Of a DNA stretch of 64,000 nucleotides, positions 1 through 9,650 are shown one piece after another (within the stretch, counting starts at the first letter, position 1; each line of letters starts with the position of its first letter). The notes beneath the pieces are model-generated. The model was not told where the DNA came from. It ran no database searches and saw nothing but the letters and a program-made list of their open reading frames with translations. The stretch is from Candidatus Acidiferrales bacterium (lineage in GTDB: Bacteria; Acidobacteriota; Terriglobia; Acidiferrales; UBA7541). The stretch is taken from positions 6,102-70,101 of the forward strand of contig DATNIN010000068.1 of assembly GCA_035604415.1 (NCBI GenBank), read 5' to 3'. Position numbers and translations under genes: made by a program.

Positions 1-219
1 GACGGACGCGTGGTTGAAGGCGTGCGCGTTGGTGAAGACTCGTTCACGATTGTCCTCAAGGATGCCGGTGGAAAATTTCACGGATTCCGGAAGCCTGAAC
101 TGCGCTCCTTGGAAAAGGAGCCTGGGAAAAGTTTCATGCCGAGCTTCAAGGACACCTTATCCGCAGCGCAGTTGGATGACCTGGTCGCCTATCTTATGAG
201 CTTGAAGAGCGCACAATGA
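1..219 (+). CDS. C-terminal fragment of a c-type cytochrome-like protein (5' end outside window)
   Basis: The frame is open from nt 1. The tail ...LSAAQLDDLVAYLMSLKS resembles soluble cytochrome c domains. Stop TGA 217-219 overlaps the next gene's ATG at 216 (ATGA). Confidence 0.5.
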   Translation, partial: DGRVVEGVRVGEDSFTIVLKDAGGKFHGFRKPELRSLEKEPGKSFMPSFKDTLSAAQLDDLVAYLMSLKSAQ

Positions 220-1823
220 AGATCTCCCTCTATGCGCTTGTGTTTGCTGTTTCACTTTTGTCGGCTCCGGCGAGATTACTTGCACAGGACGTGACCTACG
301 AGCAGTTGCTGCACGCCGACGCCACGCCGCAAGACTGGCTGATGTACGGCGGCAATTATCAGTCGCAGCGCTTTTCAAGGCTCACGCAGATCAACCGCGA
401 AAATGTTCACAGCCTCAAGCCGGCCTGGATCTACCAGCCCAACCGCCCTCTTCAGCCGTTTGAGTCATCTCCCGTTGTGGTGTCGGGAATCATGTACGTC
501 ACGGAACCGCTGAGCACGGTTACCGCTCTCGATGCGCGCTTCGGTACGAAGATCTGGAGCTGGTCGCCCAAGCTTCCGGAAAAGATTTACACCATTGGAG
601 TGCACCGTTCGAATCGCGGAGTGGCAGTTTTTGCCAACACCGTTTATGCGGAAACGCTCGATGCGCACCTTGTCGCGCTCGATGCCACCACAGGCGCCGT
701 GAGATGGAATGTCCACGTGGACGATAACAATCAAGGCTACGCCATGACGGGCGCGCCTCGTGTGCTCGATGGAAAAATCATTGTTGGGATTTCCGGAGGA
801 GACGTCGGGATTCGCGGCTTCGTGGACGCCTACGATGCGAAGACCGGAAAGCGCCTCTGGCGTGTGTGGACCATTCCAAGTCCGGGCGAGCCCGGCTCGG
901 AAACGTGGGGAAAAGACATGTCCGGCACGGGCGGTGCAGGTACGTGGGGCACCGGATCGTACGACCCGGAACTGAACCTCTTGTATTGGACTACCGGGAA
1001 TCCCGCCCCTGACTACAACGGCCGCAACAGGGAGGGGGACAACCTCTACTCGGACTCGGTGCTTGCCATCGATCCAGACGCGGGAAAGATGAAATGGTAT
1101 TTCCAGTTCACGCCCCACGATACGCATGACTGGGATGCAATCCAAGTTCCCGTGCTGTTCGACGAGACGGTGGACGGCAAACCCAGAAAGTTTTTGGCGC
1201 TGGCGAATCGCAACGGATTCTATTACGTGTTGGATCGTGTAACGGGCGCCTTCGTGGCCGGCGTCCCCTTCGTGACGCAAACCTGGGCGAAAGGGCTCGA
1301 CAAGAACGGGCGGCCGATTCTGTTGCCCAATACAGAGCCGACTCCTGAAGGGAGTTTGGTTTATCCCGATGGCCACGGTGGCACGAATTGGAACAGCCCG
1401 TCCTACAGCCCTCAGACGAAACTTTTCTATGTCTCGGCTCGTGAAATTGGCGCATACACCGTGCAAGGCCAGCCCAAAGTTAACTTTCCCGATTTCGGTG
1501 GTGGCGGACGAAACGCTCTTTCTGGAGACGACTCCTACGGTGCGATTCGCGCCCTCGAAGTAATGACCGGCAAATTGAAGTGGGAGTACCGTATGCTATC
1601 CCCCGCGGAGACCAGCACGCTTGCGACTGCGGGCGGCCTTGTTTTTGCTGTAACGGACGAAGGCAATTTCTTCGCGCTCGACTCCGCAAGCGGCAAGCTC
1701 CTGTGGGAATTTACCGTTGGCGGAGCGAATGCTGAATCAAATCCCATTACATATGAAGTTGCCGGCAAGCAATATCTGATCGGAGCCTCCGGCAACTGCT
1801 TCGTGGCTTTCAGTTTGCCGTAG
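216..1823 (+). CDS. PQQ-dependent dehydrogenase, methanol/ethanol family (secreted)
   Basis: 535 aa with an N-terminal signal peptide. Contains WLMYGGNYQSQRFSRLTQINRENV and repeated W-containing propeller motifs typical of quinoprotein alcohol dehydrogenases, plus PHDTHDWDA around the catalytic Asp. Confidence 0.9.
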   Translation: MKISLYALVFAVSLLSAPARLLAQDVTYEQLLHADATPQDWLMYGGNYQSQRFSRLTQINRENVHSLKPAWIYQPNRPLQPFESSPVVVSGIMYVTEPLSTVTALDARFGTKIWSWSPKLPEKIYTIGVHRSNRGVAVFANTVYAETLDAHLVALDATTGAVRWNVHVDDNNQGYAMTGAPRVLDGKIIVGISGGDVGIRGFVDAYDAKTGKRLWRVWTIPSPGEPGSETWGKDMSGTGGAGTWGTGSYDPELNLLYWTTGNPAPDYNGRNREGDNLYSDSVLAIDPDAGKMKWYFQFTPHDTHDWDAIQVPVLFDETVDGKPRKFLALANRNGFYYVLDRVTGAFVAGVPFVTQTWAKGLDKNGRPILLPNTEPTPEGSLVYPDGHGGTNWNSPSYSPQTKLFYVSAREIGAYTVQGQPKVNFPDFGGGGRNALSGDDSYGAIRALEVMTGKLKWEYRMLSPAETSTLATAGGLVFAVTDEGNFFALDSASGKLLWEFTVGGANAESNPITYEVAGKQYLIGASGNCFVAFSLP

Positions 1824-1876
1824 GCTGAATTCGATAATGCGGGCAAAATCGCCAAGACGTAGGAGGCAGTCGATCC

Positions 1877-2287
1877 ATGAAGGTTAACAGACGAAACCTG
1901 CTGTCGTTGCTGGGTATGTCTCCGGCGCTTCTGGCGGGCTCGCAGGTGGAGGCGGACCAAAAGAAAAAAGGCGCGCACAGCGGCGCGGGAAGCGAGCCGA
2001 AGATTTTGGCGGTTAGTCCAAAAGGCACTCCGCCGGCTATACAGCTCTATTCGATGGCTCCTCGCGCCAGCTCCCTCGACGGGAAGACCATCTACGTGGT
2101 CGACGCCACTAGTTTCCTTGGCAGCGAGACGCTCCTGAAGAAAATGCAGGCCTGGTTTCAGCAGAACATGCCCGGCGTCAAGACCGTCTTCCGCAAAAAG
2201 GCCGGCGGATATGCCGAGGATGACCCGAAGCTCTGGGCGGAAATCAAGGCAAACGCCTACGCGACTGTTATGGCCATTGGGCATTGA
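1877..2287 (+). CDS. Tat-signal protein segment ending at in-frame TGA (possible N-terminal part of a UxxC selenoprotein)
   Basis: Starts MKVNRRNLLSLLGMSPALLAGSQVEA, a twin-arginine-type signal. The ORF ends ...AIGH-TGA and continues in the same frame into the next ORF. Confidence 0.6.
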   Translation: MKVNRRNLLSLLGMSPALLAGSQVEADQKKKGAHSGAGSEPKILAVSPKGTPPAIQLYSMAPRASSLDGKTIYVVDATSFLGSETLLKKMQAWFQQNMPGVKTVFRKKAGGYAEDDPKLWAEIKANAYATVMAIGH

Positions 2288-2308
2288 GGAGGCTGCTCCC
2301 CAGCGACC

Positions 2309-3655
2309 GTGAGTCACTGCGTAACGATGGAGAAGATGGGCGTCCCTGCAATTCCGATGTGCACCAGGGCCTACACGGAATTGGCGAACCTCACCGCGGC
2401 AAGGGATGGCATGCCGCACTTGCGTCAAGTGTTTACTCCTCACCCTGTCGGGGGCAAGACAGACGCGGAGCTCGCCGCATATCTGGTAAATCCCGACCCG
2501 GTATCGGGAAAGCAAATCATGAAGGAGATCATCGACGACCTGACCGTGCCGCTTTCGGCGGACGAGATGAAGACCGGGATGCAATCCATCGCGGCAGGGG
2601 CGGCTACCTTCGGTCCGGATACCGCGGATAACCTGCAAGAAATCTTCATGAATAATGGAATGACGGATTACTTGCCGATCGTCACTCCCACGGAAGAGAA
2701 AGTGGACGCGATGCTCAAGGGGACGAGCCACAGTCCCGACGAAGTGCTCAGGACACCGGTCCAAGGTGTGGGTTATACGTCCGCGCGGTGGGGGTACACG
2801 GTGAGGCAGGTCGCTGTGAACGCGGTGATGGCGGGATGCAGGCCGGAATTTTTTCCGGTGGTGCTTGCCATGGCGTCTGTGGGCCCATTGGGGCTCTTCG
2901 GCTCCACCACGTCGTCGAGCACCTCAATCGTGATCAACGGCCCGATCCGCGACAAGCTCAACATGAATTACGGTCTCGGCGCGCTCAGCCCCTTCGCCCA
3001 GTCCAACGCCACCATTGGGCGCTCGTGGACGTTGATGGGCAAGAACCTCACCAACGGCGGTATACCCGGCGACACCTATCAAGGCGGCCAGGGAAACAAT
3101 TTGGACTACAACAACCTCGTGATCGCGGAGGACGAGAAGAACAGCCCATGGACTCCCCTTCACGTGCAGTTCGGATTCAAACCCGAGGAAAACGTCGTCA
3201 GCATATTCGGCGGACCGGACATTCGCCAGGGTCACGGCGCGAGGGGCGCGGGAGCCGAAATTGCGATGTTCGACGAGCAGATCAGCTTCATGTGCCAATC
3301 CATGGTGGGCGGGTCGGGTGCGCTCGTTATTTGCGATCCGCTGGTGGCGAAGCGTCTGGTGGAACAGGGATACGACACCAAGGAGAAGCTCACCGAATGG
3401 GTATTCAAGAAGACGCAGCGCACGGTGAAGGATTTTCGGGAGTCCTTCCTGGCCTCTTTTCATTTGTATCCGCTCGCGCTGCAAGGCAGAGAGCCCTACG
3501 CGACTTGGTACAAGCTTCCGGACGATGCGATGATCCCGTTCTTCGTCTCAGCGAAACAGATTAACTTCGTCGTTTGCGGCGGCCAGGCCAATGCCTTTTT
3601 CCAGGTGGCGAACATGAGCCACGGCAGAAGCGCCTCGATCGACAAGTGGATGTAG
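2309..3655 (+). CDS. Conserved protein of unknown function (possible C-terminal part of the same readthrough protein)
   Basis: 448-aa ORF in the same frame as 1877-2287. The GTG start has no well-spaced Shine-Dalgarno: GGAGG lies 16 nt upstream. Coding-like composition throughout. Confidence 0.65.
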   Translation: MSHCVTMEKMGVPAIPMCTRAYTELANLTAARDGMPHLRQVFTPHPVGGKTDAELAAYLVNPDPVSGKQIMKEIIDDLTVPLSADEMKTGMQSIAAGAATFGPDTADNLQEIFMNNGMTDYLPIVTPTEEKVDAMLKGTSHSPDEVLRTPVQGVGYTSARWGYTVRQVAVNAVMAGCRPEFFPVVLAMASVGPLGLFGSTTSSSTSIVINGPIRDKLNMNYGLGALSPFAQSNATIGRSWTLMGKNLTNGGIPGDTYQGGQGNNLDYNNLVIAEDEKNSPWTPLHVQFGFKPEENVVSIFGGPDIRQGHGARGAGAEIAMFDEQISFMCQSMVGGSGALVICDPLVAKRLVEQGYDTKEKLTEWVFKKTQRTVKDFRESFLASFHLYPLALQGREPYATWYKLPDDAMIPFFVSAKQINFVVCGGQANAFFQVANMSHGRSASIDKWM

Positions 3656-3994
3656 ACGGGATTAGCACGAATTGGCGACTCCGAAACTGCTTCGGATTGT
3701 TCCATGCGCACTGCGGTCCGAGTGAGCCCGAAACTTCCGTGTCGCGTGCGGCCAGATACAGCGTACGAGGTTTTGGAAAGCGTGTGCTCATGGAAGACGT
3801 TTATGCCATTTCTGGCTCTCGAACGTTCGCGATTACGTTTGACGGGGATACGCTCGGCCTCACTTTAGAAGAGTTTGGGAACTTCCACACCTTTCTGCAA
3901 CTGGTTGAGACCTTTGAAGTCAAACGCTGATTACCGCGGTCTTGATCGGGGTAGAACCGCCGCCTAAGTCCTGATTAACGCGCGCTCAGCGAAG

Positions 3995-4026
3995 AACAAA
4001 AAAGGGGCGCTGCCTTCAGCGCCCCT
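3995..4026 (-). terminator. Rho-independent terminator downstream of ftsH
   Basis: GGGGCGCTG-cctt-CAGCGCCCC hairpin (4004-4025), followed on the minus strand by TTTTTTGTT. Confidence 0.65.
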
Positions 4027-4054
4027 TCCGTAAACACGTTGATGGGATAAAGGA

Positions 4055-5992
4055 CTACGCCGGGGCTGGCTTCTCGCCCTTGGCGAGGCCGGGAATCGAC
4101 CGCGGCTCGGGGCGCAGACTGATCTGCGGCTCCCTTGTCGCCACCGGCGGCGCAACAGGAGGAGGCGGCAGCTTTTCCGGCAGCGGCTTGCCTTCCATCA
4201 GGAGCTTCAGTTCGGTGGCGTCGAGCACCTCGCGATCGAGCAGCGCCCGCGCGATGCTTTCGAGCGTGTCGCGATGAGTCTCGAGAATCGTGCGCGCCCG
4301 CGTGTATCCGCTGCCAACGATGCTGCGCACTTCAACGTCGATCTTGATCGCCGTGTCCTCGGAATAGTCGCGGTGCTGCGCGATTTCGCGGCCGAGGAAA
4401 ATCGCTTCCTCTTTTTTCCCGAAGGTCAGCGGACCCAGCGTGCTCATGCCCCACTCGCAAACCATCTGCCGGGCAATTTCCGTGGCGCGCTCGATATCGT
4501 TTCCGGCGCCGGTCGTCAGGTGATTTAGAAAAATCTCTTCGGCGGCGCGCCCGCCCATCAGGACGGCGAGCTGCGATTCGAGGAATTCCTTCGTGTAAGT
4601 GTGCTTGTCGTCGATGGGCAGTTGCATCGTGACGCCCAGCGCCATGCCGCGCGGAATGATCGTCACTTTGTGCAATGGATCCGCGCCCGGCGTCATCGCG
4701 GCGACCAGCGCGTGGCCCGCCTCATGGTACGCCGTGTTTTTCTTTTCCTCGTCCGACAAAATCAGGGACCTCCGCTCGGCGCCCATCAGGACCTTGTCCT
4801 TGGACATCTCGAAATCCACCATCATGACGAATTTGCGGTTCTGGCGGGCCGCCCACAGCGCCGCCTCGTTCACGAGGTTCGCCATGTCGGCGCCCGAAAA
4901 GCCCGGAGTGCCGCGCGCGATCACCGACAGTTCCACGTCTTCCGAGAGAGGCACCTTGCGCGTGTGCACGCGAAGAATTTCCTCGCGCCCTCTCACGTCC
5001 GGACGCGGCACCACGACGCGCCGGTCAAAACGCCCCGGCCGCAACAGCGCGGGATCGAGGACGTCCGGCCGGTTTGTGGCCGCAATCAGGATCACGCCTT
5101 CGTTGGATTCGAAGCCGTCCATTTCGACGAGCAATGCGTTCAGCGTTTGCTCGCGCTCGTCGTGCCCGCCGCCCAGGCCCGCTCCGCGATGGCGTCCGAC
5201 GGCATCGATCTCGTCGATAAAGATGATGCAAGGAGCGTTTTTCTTGCCCTGCTCGAAAAGATCGCGCACGCGGCTTGCGCCCACGCCAACGAACATTTCC
5301 ACGAAATCCGAGCCCGAGATCGAGAAGAACGGAACGTTGGCTTCGCCGGCAATCGCCCGGGCAAGCAAAGTCTTGCCAGTGCCCGGAGGCCCGACGAGCA
5401 GTACGCCCTTGGGGATGCGTCCACCGAGTTTCTGGAATTTCTGAGGATCCTTCAGGAAGTCGATGATTTCGTACAGCTCTTCCTTGGCCTCGTCGATCCC
5501 CGCCACATCCTTGAACGTGGCCTTCTTCTGCTGTGCGGTCAGCAATCGAGCGCGGGACTTTCCGAAGCTGAGCGCCTTATTCCCGCCCGCCTGCATCTGC
5601 CTCATCATGAAGATCCAGATCGCGATGATCAGGATAAACGGCGCGAGATTGATGACCAGGGTGAGCCAGTTGGCTTCCTTGACCTCTTTGTAGTTGTAGA
5701 GCACGCCTTTATCTTGCAAGGCTTTCGTGACGTCCGGAATCGCGGTGTTCGCGACGGTCACGCCGCGGAACTTGCTGCCGTCGCGGTATTCGCCCTGGAG
5801 TTCGGCGCTGTTGGGCGAAAGATAGATCGTGACGTCCTTGACGGTTCCGCTGTCAACCTTGGCGAGGAAGTTCGTGTAGTTGGGCTCGTCTTCATGAGCG
5901 GTAGTGCCGGGCCTCGATGCCATCTGCCACAACACGACCGCGAGCGCGATCATCATTACCCAGAACAAAATGTTGCGTACTGTTGAGTTCAC
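4055..5992 (-). CDS. ftsH: ATP-dependent zinc metalloprotease FtsH
   Basis: 645 aa with N-terminal TM segments, Walker A GPPGTGKT, an AAA module and the HEAGH zinc motif. Confidence 0.97.
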   Translation of the reverse strand: MNSTVRNILFWVMMIALAVVLWQMASRPGTTAHEDEPNYTNFLAKVDSGTVKDVTIYLSPNSAELQGEYRDGSKFRGVTVANTAIPDVTKALQDKGVLYNYKEVKEANWLTLVINLAPFILIIAIWIFMMRQMQAGGNKALSFGKSRARLLTAQQKKATFKDVAGIDEAKEELYEIIDFLKDPQKFQKLGGRIPKGVLLVGPPGTGKTLLARAIAGEANVPFFSISGSDFVEMFVGVGASRVRDLFEQGKKNAPCIIFIDEIDAVGRHRGAGLGGGHDEREQTLNALLVEMDGFESNEGVILIAATNRPDVLDPALLRPGRFDRRVVVPRPDVRGREEILRVHTRKVPLSEDVELSVIARGTPGFSGADMANLVNEAALWAARQNRKFVMMVDFEMSKDKVLMGAERRSLILSDEEKKNTAYHEAGHALVAAMTPGADPLHKVTIIPRGMALGVTMQLPIDDKHTYTKEFLESQLAVLMGGRAAEEIFLNHLTTGAGNDIERATEIARQMVCEWGMSTLGPLTFGKKEEAIFLGREIAQHRDYSEDTAIKIDVEVRSIVGSGYTRARTILETHRDTLESIARALLDREVLDATELKLLMEGKPLPEKLPPPPVAPPVATREPQISLRPEPRSIPGLAKGEKPAPA

Positions 5993-6001
5993 CGTGTTAC
6001 C

Positions 6002-6595
6002 TCACCCTTTTGATGCTTTCCTGCGAGCGTCCGAACGCCGCACCCGGCTGCCTGTGCGGAGCCCCTGCGCCGCCACATACGGAAGGTTCCGGTAAAGACC
6101 GGACTCGCCGCTCAGTCCGTAACCCACCCAATCCTTAGATGCGGCAGCGAAGCCAGTGTATTCAGCCCTTAGATTTACTTTCCGCGACGCCGGCTTGTCG
6201 AACAGCACCGCCATGCGTAGCGTCCGCGGCCGGCCTTCCTCGATCCGCTTCAACAGGAAATCCTGCGTGACGCCTGTATTGAGCACGGCGTCTACTAAGA
6301 GAACGTCGCGGCCGCGAAGCGCCGGCGCCTCGCTGAAAAAAATCTCGCGGCAATCGTGTCCAGCCAACCGCACGTCGCGAATTTCCGACCGCACAAAGTG
6401 GCACAGCACTGGGCGCGAAATTTCCCGCACCAGATCGGCCGCGAACAAGAACGAATTTTCGAGCACTACAACGACGTCAACCGTCCGGCCTGCGTAATCC
6501 TTCGAAATGGCGCGACCCAATTGGCTCACGCGCGTCGCAAGCCGCTGCCGCGTAAACGCGACCTTCATCGATCCCTCAAAGGTGGTCTTCCTCAA
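6002..6595 (-). CDS. hpt: Hypoxanthine phosphoribosyltransferase
   Basis: PRTase fold (VVVVLENSFLFAADLVREI..., LLVDAVLNTGVT). Sits in the classic tilS-hpt-ftsH order. An alternative start at 6568 (MKVAF...) would remove the overlap with tilS. Confidence 0.85.
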   Translation of the reverse strand: MRKTTFEGSMKVAFTRQRLATRVSQLGRAISKDYAGRTVDVVVVLENSFLFAADLVREISRPVLCHFVRSEIRDVRLAGHDCREIFFSEAPALRGRDVLLVDAVLNTGVTQDFLLKRIEEGRPRTLRMAVLFDKPASRKVNLRAEYTGFAAASKDWVGYGLSGESGLYRNLPYVAAQGLRTGSRVRRSDARRKASKG

Positions 6596-8045
6596 TCACC
6601 ACCCCGGCACGTGTGCCTTCTCGCGCGCAAAACGCCTCCGCGGGCGGCATGCCGCGGGCCCACGCCACGCGTCCGCCACTCTCGAGCACCGGCCAGCAGG
6701 CCCGGTCGCGAACCGGCACGCGTCCCGCCAGGAACATTTCCTTCAGTTTCTGGGGCTGACGGCGCCCCCGGGGCTGATACGCATCCCCCGGCCGCCAGTT
6801 CCGCAGGACCAACGGGGCACGGAGCAGGTCGGCATCTAGTACCGCGCCCTCCCTTTTAGTGTCGCGCTCCGCGATAGGCCAGTCAATCACTTTCAGGCAG
6901 AAGCGGCTTTTCAGTTCTGGAACGGAAACAGTCGCCGCGCCGTGGTCCGGAAGGCTCACAACATATCGGTACGCATTCGATCGCGCCGAGGTTTCTCGAT
7001 CGTGCGAGGAGCGTCCGGCGCGCACGAAAATCAGCTCATCGAAATTACGTTCGACCAGAATGCCGCCGGGGAGTTCGATGCGCCGCCCGCTCGCGGACTC
7101 GGAGGCGAGATGGATCACGCGTTCGACGTGCTCGGCCGTGAGCCCATGCAAGTCTCCGTGCAATTCACGATATAGACGGCGAATCAGGCGTTCGGTTAGC
7201 GCGCGCCACGGAGCCGGCCCCGTGGCGGAAGACAATTCCAGCGGCAAGAGCAGGTCTCGCGCTCGAATCCCGAATCGCGGTTTTCCACGATCGGCCCTCA
7301 CGAGCGCGCGGAAGCGATCCTCTACGAGCGCGCCCCAGAATACTTCTTCCTCGCGCGCGAGACGCGCCAGTCCAGCAAGGTGCAACGCAGTGTGAGGAGA
7401 AAAATCGCGCTCGAGCATAGGCAAGAGTTGCTCGCGAATCCGGGCCCGTACGCGGCGCAGGTCGCGATTCGTCGAATCCTCGCGCCAGTCCTGGCCGAGC
7501 TCTCGCAAGTAATTCCGGAGATCCTCACGCCGTTCGCCGAGCAGCGGCCGCACGATCGAACCGGCGGTGGGATAGATTCCGGCCAAGCCCGCCGGGCCGG
7601 TGCCTCGAAGCAGGTGCGCGAGAACCGTTTCGGCCTGATCGTCCGCCGTATGCGCCACGGCGATGCGCGTGGCGCGGCCTTCCTCGACCACGCGCTCGAA
7701 AAACGCGTAGCGCAGGCGCCGGGCGGCGTCCTCGAGGTTCCACTTGTGTCGCGCGGCTGCCGCTGAGACATCTTCCCGATCGACAATCCACTCAAGCCCG
7801 CGCGCGCGTGCCAGGTCGGCCACAAACTCGGCGTCCGCATCCGATTCGGCGCCGCGGAGGAGATGATCGAAGTGCACGATGACAAGCGTGATTCCGAGTT
7901 TGTCGCGCAGGCCCTCGATCACTCGAAGCAGCGCGACCGAGTCCGCGCCACCCGACACGGCTACGCCCACACGATCGCCGGGCGTCAGCATTCGTGTGCT
8001 GCGCAGATTCTCCAGAACGCGTTGTTCGAGCGGTGTCACGGACAT
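6576..8045 (-). CDS. tilS: tRNA(Ile)-lysidine synthase
   Basis: PP-loop motif VAVSGGADSVALL. I chose the start at MSVTPLEQ (ATG at 8045; alternative at 8063). The upstream 150 codons of the 641-aa track ORF look non-coding: Arg/Ala/Ser-rich with no homology pattern. Confidence 0.85.
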   Translation of the reverse strand: MSVTPLEQRVLENLRSTRMLTPGDRVGVAVSGGADSVALLRVIEGLRDKLGITLVIVHFDHLLRGAESDADAEFVADLARARGLEWIVDREDVSAAAARHKWNLEDAARRLRYAFFERVVEEGRATRIAVAHTADDQAETVLAHLLRGTGPAGLAGIYPTAGSIVRPLLGERREDLRNYLRELGQDWREDSTNRDLRRVRARIREQLLPMLERDFSPHTALHLAGLARLAREEEVFWGALVEDRFRALVRADRGKPRFGIRARDLLLPLELSSATGPAPWRALTERLIRRLYRELHGDLHGLTAEHVERVIHLASESASGRRIELPGGILVERNFDELIFVRAGRSSHDRETSARSNAYRYVVSLPDHGAATVSVPELKSRFCLKVIDWPIAERDTKREGAVLDADLLRAPLVLRNWRPGDAYQPRGRRQPQKLKEMFLAGRVPVRDRACWPVLESGGRVAWARGMPPAEAFCAREGTRAGVVIEEDHL

Positions 8046-8142
8046 CGATCTTCGAGCCGGCATTGCCGGCTTGAATCCATGGTAGCAGCGGTTTGGGAAA
8101 GGGTCGAGCGCCTGCGGGAGGGGAGAGCCGGGATCGGGCTCG

Positions 8143-8553
8143 CTACAGCCGGTCACTCGCATGCTGGACAAACAGTTCGCGGCTCGACGATATGCAGCGG
8201 TCGAGCACGACGGCGGCAAAATAGGAGCAGCTTTGGCGCTCTTGTTCAGACCACGCCGCCAGCTTCGGCATCGCGGTCCGCGATACGCGGCCCAGGACTT
8301 CCAAAAGATTGCGATAGACTCCGACGGCTCGTATCTCCCCCCGGCCGTCCTCGTAATCCGGGCAGAGGCGCACGAGCTCCAGAATTCGGTCGAAGTCGTT
8401 TGCGGGAATGTTCTTGCTCTCGATGCCCGCCACGGCCAGGAAGCGTTCCGATAGGTCCGCCTTTCTGGCGGAAGCGAGCGCCGACCGGCAGTACGACACA
8501 AAAATCTGCCCGAGCGCTGCCAGCGATATGACGCAAATGAGTGCCACGATCAT
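8143..8553 (-). CDS. Hypothetical membrane-anchored protein
   Basis: 136-aa ORF with an N-terminal hydrophobic helix (MIVALICVISLAALGQIFV). Same orientation as tilS and just upstream of it. No family recognised. Confidence 0.4.
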   Translation of the reverse strand: MIVALICVISLAALGQIFVSYCRSALASARKADLSERFLAVAGIESKNIPANDFDRILELVRLCPDYEDGRGEIRAVGVYRNLLEVLGRVSRTAMPKLAAWSEQERQSCSYFAAVVLDRCISSSRELFVQHASDRL

Positions 8554-8819
8554 TCGGATTCCACCGAGCTTTCATCGCGGGACGACATGCTGGCGATCGG
8601 CCGAGTCCCGCGGCTGAGCCGATCAAGATGGTTGGACACCATCACTTCCGGATCACGTCAGAAACCGATTACTGGCGGAATATATACCCTTCCCGTAGCC
8701 CGTGTGACCGGAGTCTCTCCCAACCTTCGAGCCCAAGATAGCTCCCGGAACTGGCGGCGGCAATGTTACCGAAGTACCACACGGACTAATCTTTCGGCGG
8801 CACGCTCTGAGGAACAGCG

Positions 8820-9650
8820 CTAATCGAGGTATTTTACGAAGACGACTTCGTTTTGCGCTTCGTTGTAGAGGAGTTCGTCCACGTTCGCCTTCACGAGCAG
8901 CAATCCGAATCCCCCCGGGCGCAATCCCTTCTTTTCGCGTATTTGGCCGTGTTTCGTGGGTTCGTCGGCATGCGCGATCGCGGCGTGGTCGAGCCCGGCG
9001 AACTTGAATCCGGCGCCCGGATCGGCGATGCGATACAGCACCATGCGCTTTGCGCGCAGGTGCGAGATGCGGACCCGGCGCTTGGGATCGAGTTTTCCGC
9101 CCCATTCGATCGCGTTCATCAACAGCTCGTGGAACGCCTGCCCGACCGCGTTGCGCACGTCCTCGGGAAGCCCCGTGTCGAGCTGTATCAGAAACGCTTC
9201 CAGGCGTTCGGCCGCCTCCAGCGAGCATGGGACCAGCAGCTCCACCCACTCCGGACGCGCGGAAACCACCTCGATCGGCGGCACGCGCGTTTTCTTCGCG
9301 AGCGATTCCCGCACCAGCGACACCAGCTCGTCCCGCCCGACCGGCTTCGTAATATGGTGATGCGCGTGCTCCCGGATCGAAGAAAGAAGCGTTTGCGGGG
9401 TATCGTCGGACGTCAGCACTATCACTTTCGGGCGTGACCGGATCCCGCGCATCTCCGCGAGCACTTCCATGCCGTTCATGCGCGGCATCCACACGTCGAG
9501 CAGGACGAGGTCGAATTTCGTTTTCTGGAGTTGCTTCCAGGCGGCGCGGCCGTCGGACGCCGTGGACACCGCGAATTTCTCGGCGCGCAGAATCTGCGCA
9601 AGCCACTGCCGGGTCGTGCGGTCATCGTCCGCCACCAAGATGCGCTTCAT
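8820..9650 (-). CDS. Response regulator receiver fused to a SpoIIAB-like (HATPase_c_2) ATP-binding domain
   Basis: N-terminal REC (ILVADDD..., DLVLLDVWMPRMNG). The C-terminus (FHELLMNAIEWGG..., IADPGAGF) resembles anti-sigma-factor-type Ser kinases. Confidence 0.8.
   Translation of the reverse strand: MKRILVADDDRTTRQWLAQILRAEKFAVSTASDGRAAWKQLQKTKFDLVLLDVWMPRMNGMEVLAEMRGIRSRPKVIVLTSDDTPQTLLSSIREHAHHHITKPVGRDELVSLVRESLAKKTRVPPIEVVSARPEWVELLVPCSLEAAERLEAFLIQLDTGLPEDVRNAVGQAFHELLMNAIEWGGKLDPKRRVRISHLRAKRMVLYRIADPGAGFKFAGLDHAAIAHADEPTKHGQIREKKGLRPGGFGLLLVKANVDELLYNEAQNEVVFVKYLD

Noticed and set aside
465-2764. Long minus-strand ORFs (465-1466, 1535-2764) overlapping the PQQ dehydrogenase and the following gene.
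   Set aside because: They are antisense shadow ORFs typical of GC-rich DNA. Their translations are Arg/Gly/Ala/His-rich with no domain pattern, whereas the plus-strand products have clear family signatures.
4599-5986. Plus-strand ORFs of 281 and 461 aa inside ftsH.
   Set aside because: They lie opposite an unambiguous FtsH coding sequence and are low-complexity Arg-rich translations.
8046-8501. N-terminal 150 codons of the 641-aa tilS track ORF.
   Set aside because: This part has no TilS-like sequence and overlaps the separately plausible 8143-8553 ORF in another frame. The PP-loop domain starts just after the internal Met at 8045/8063.
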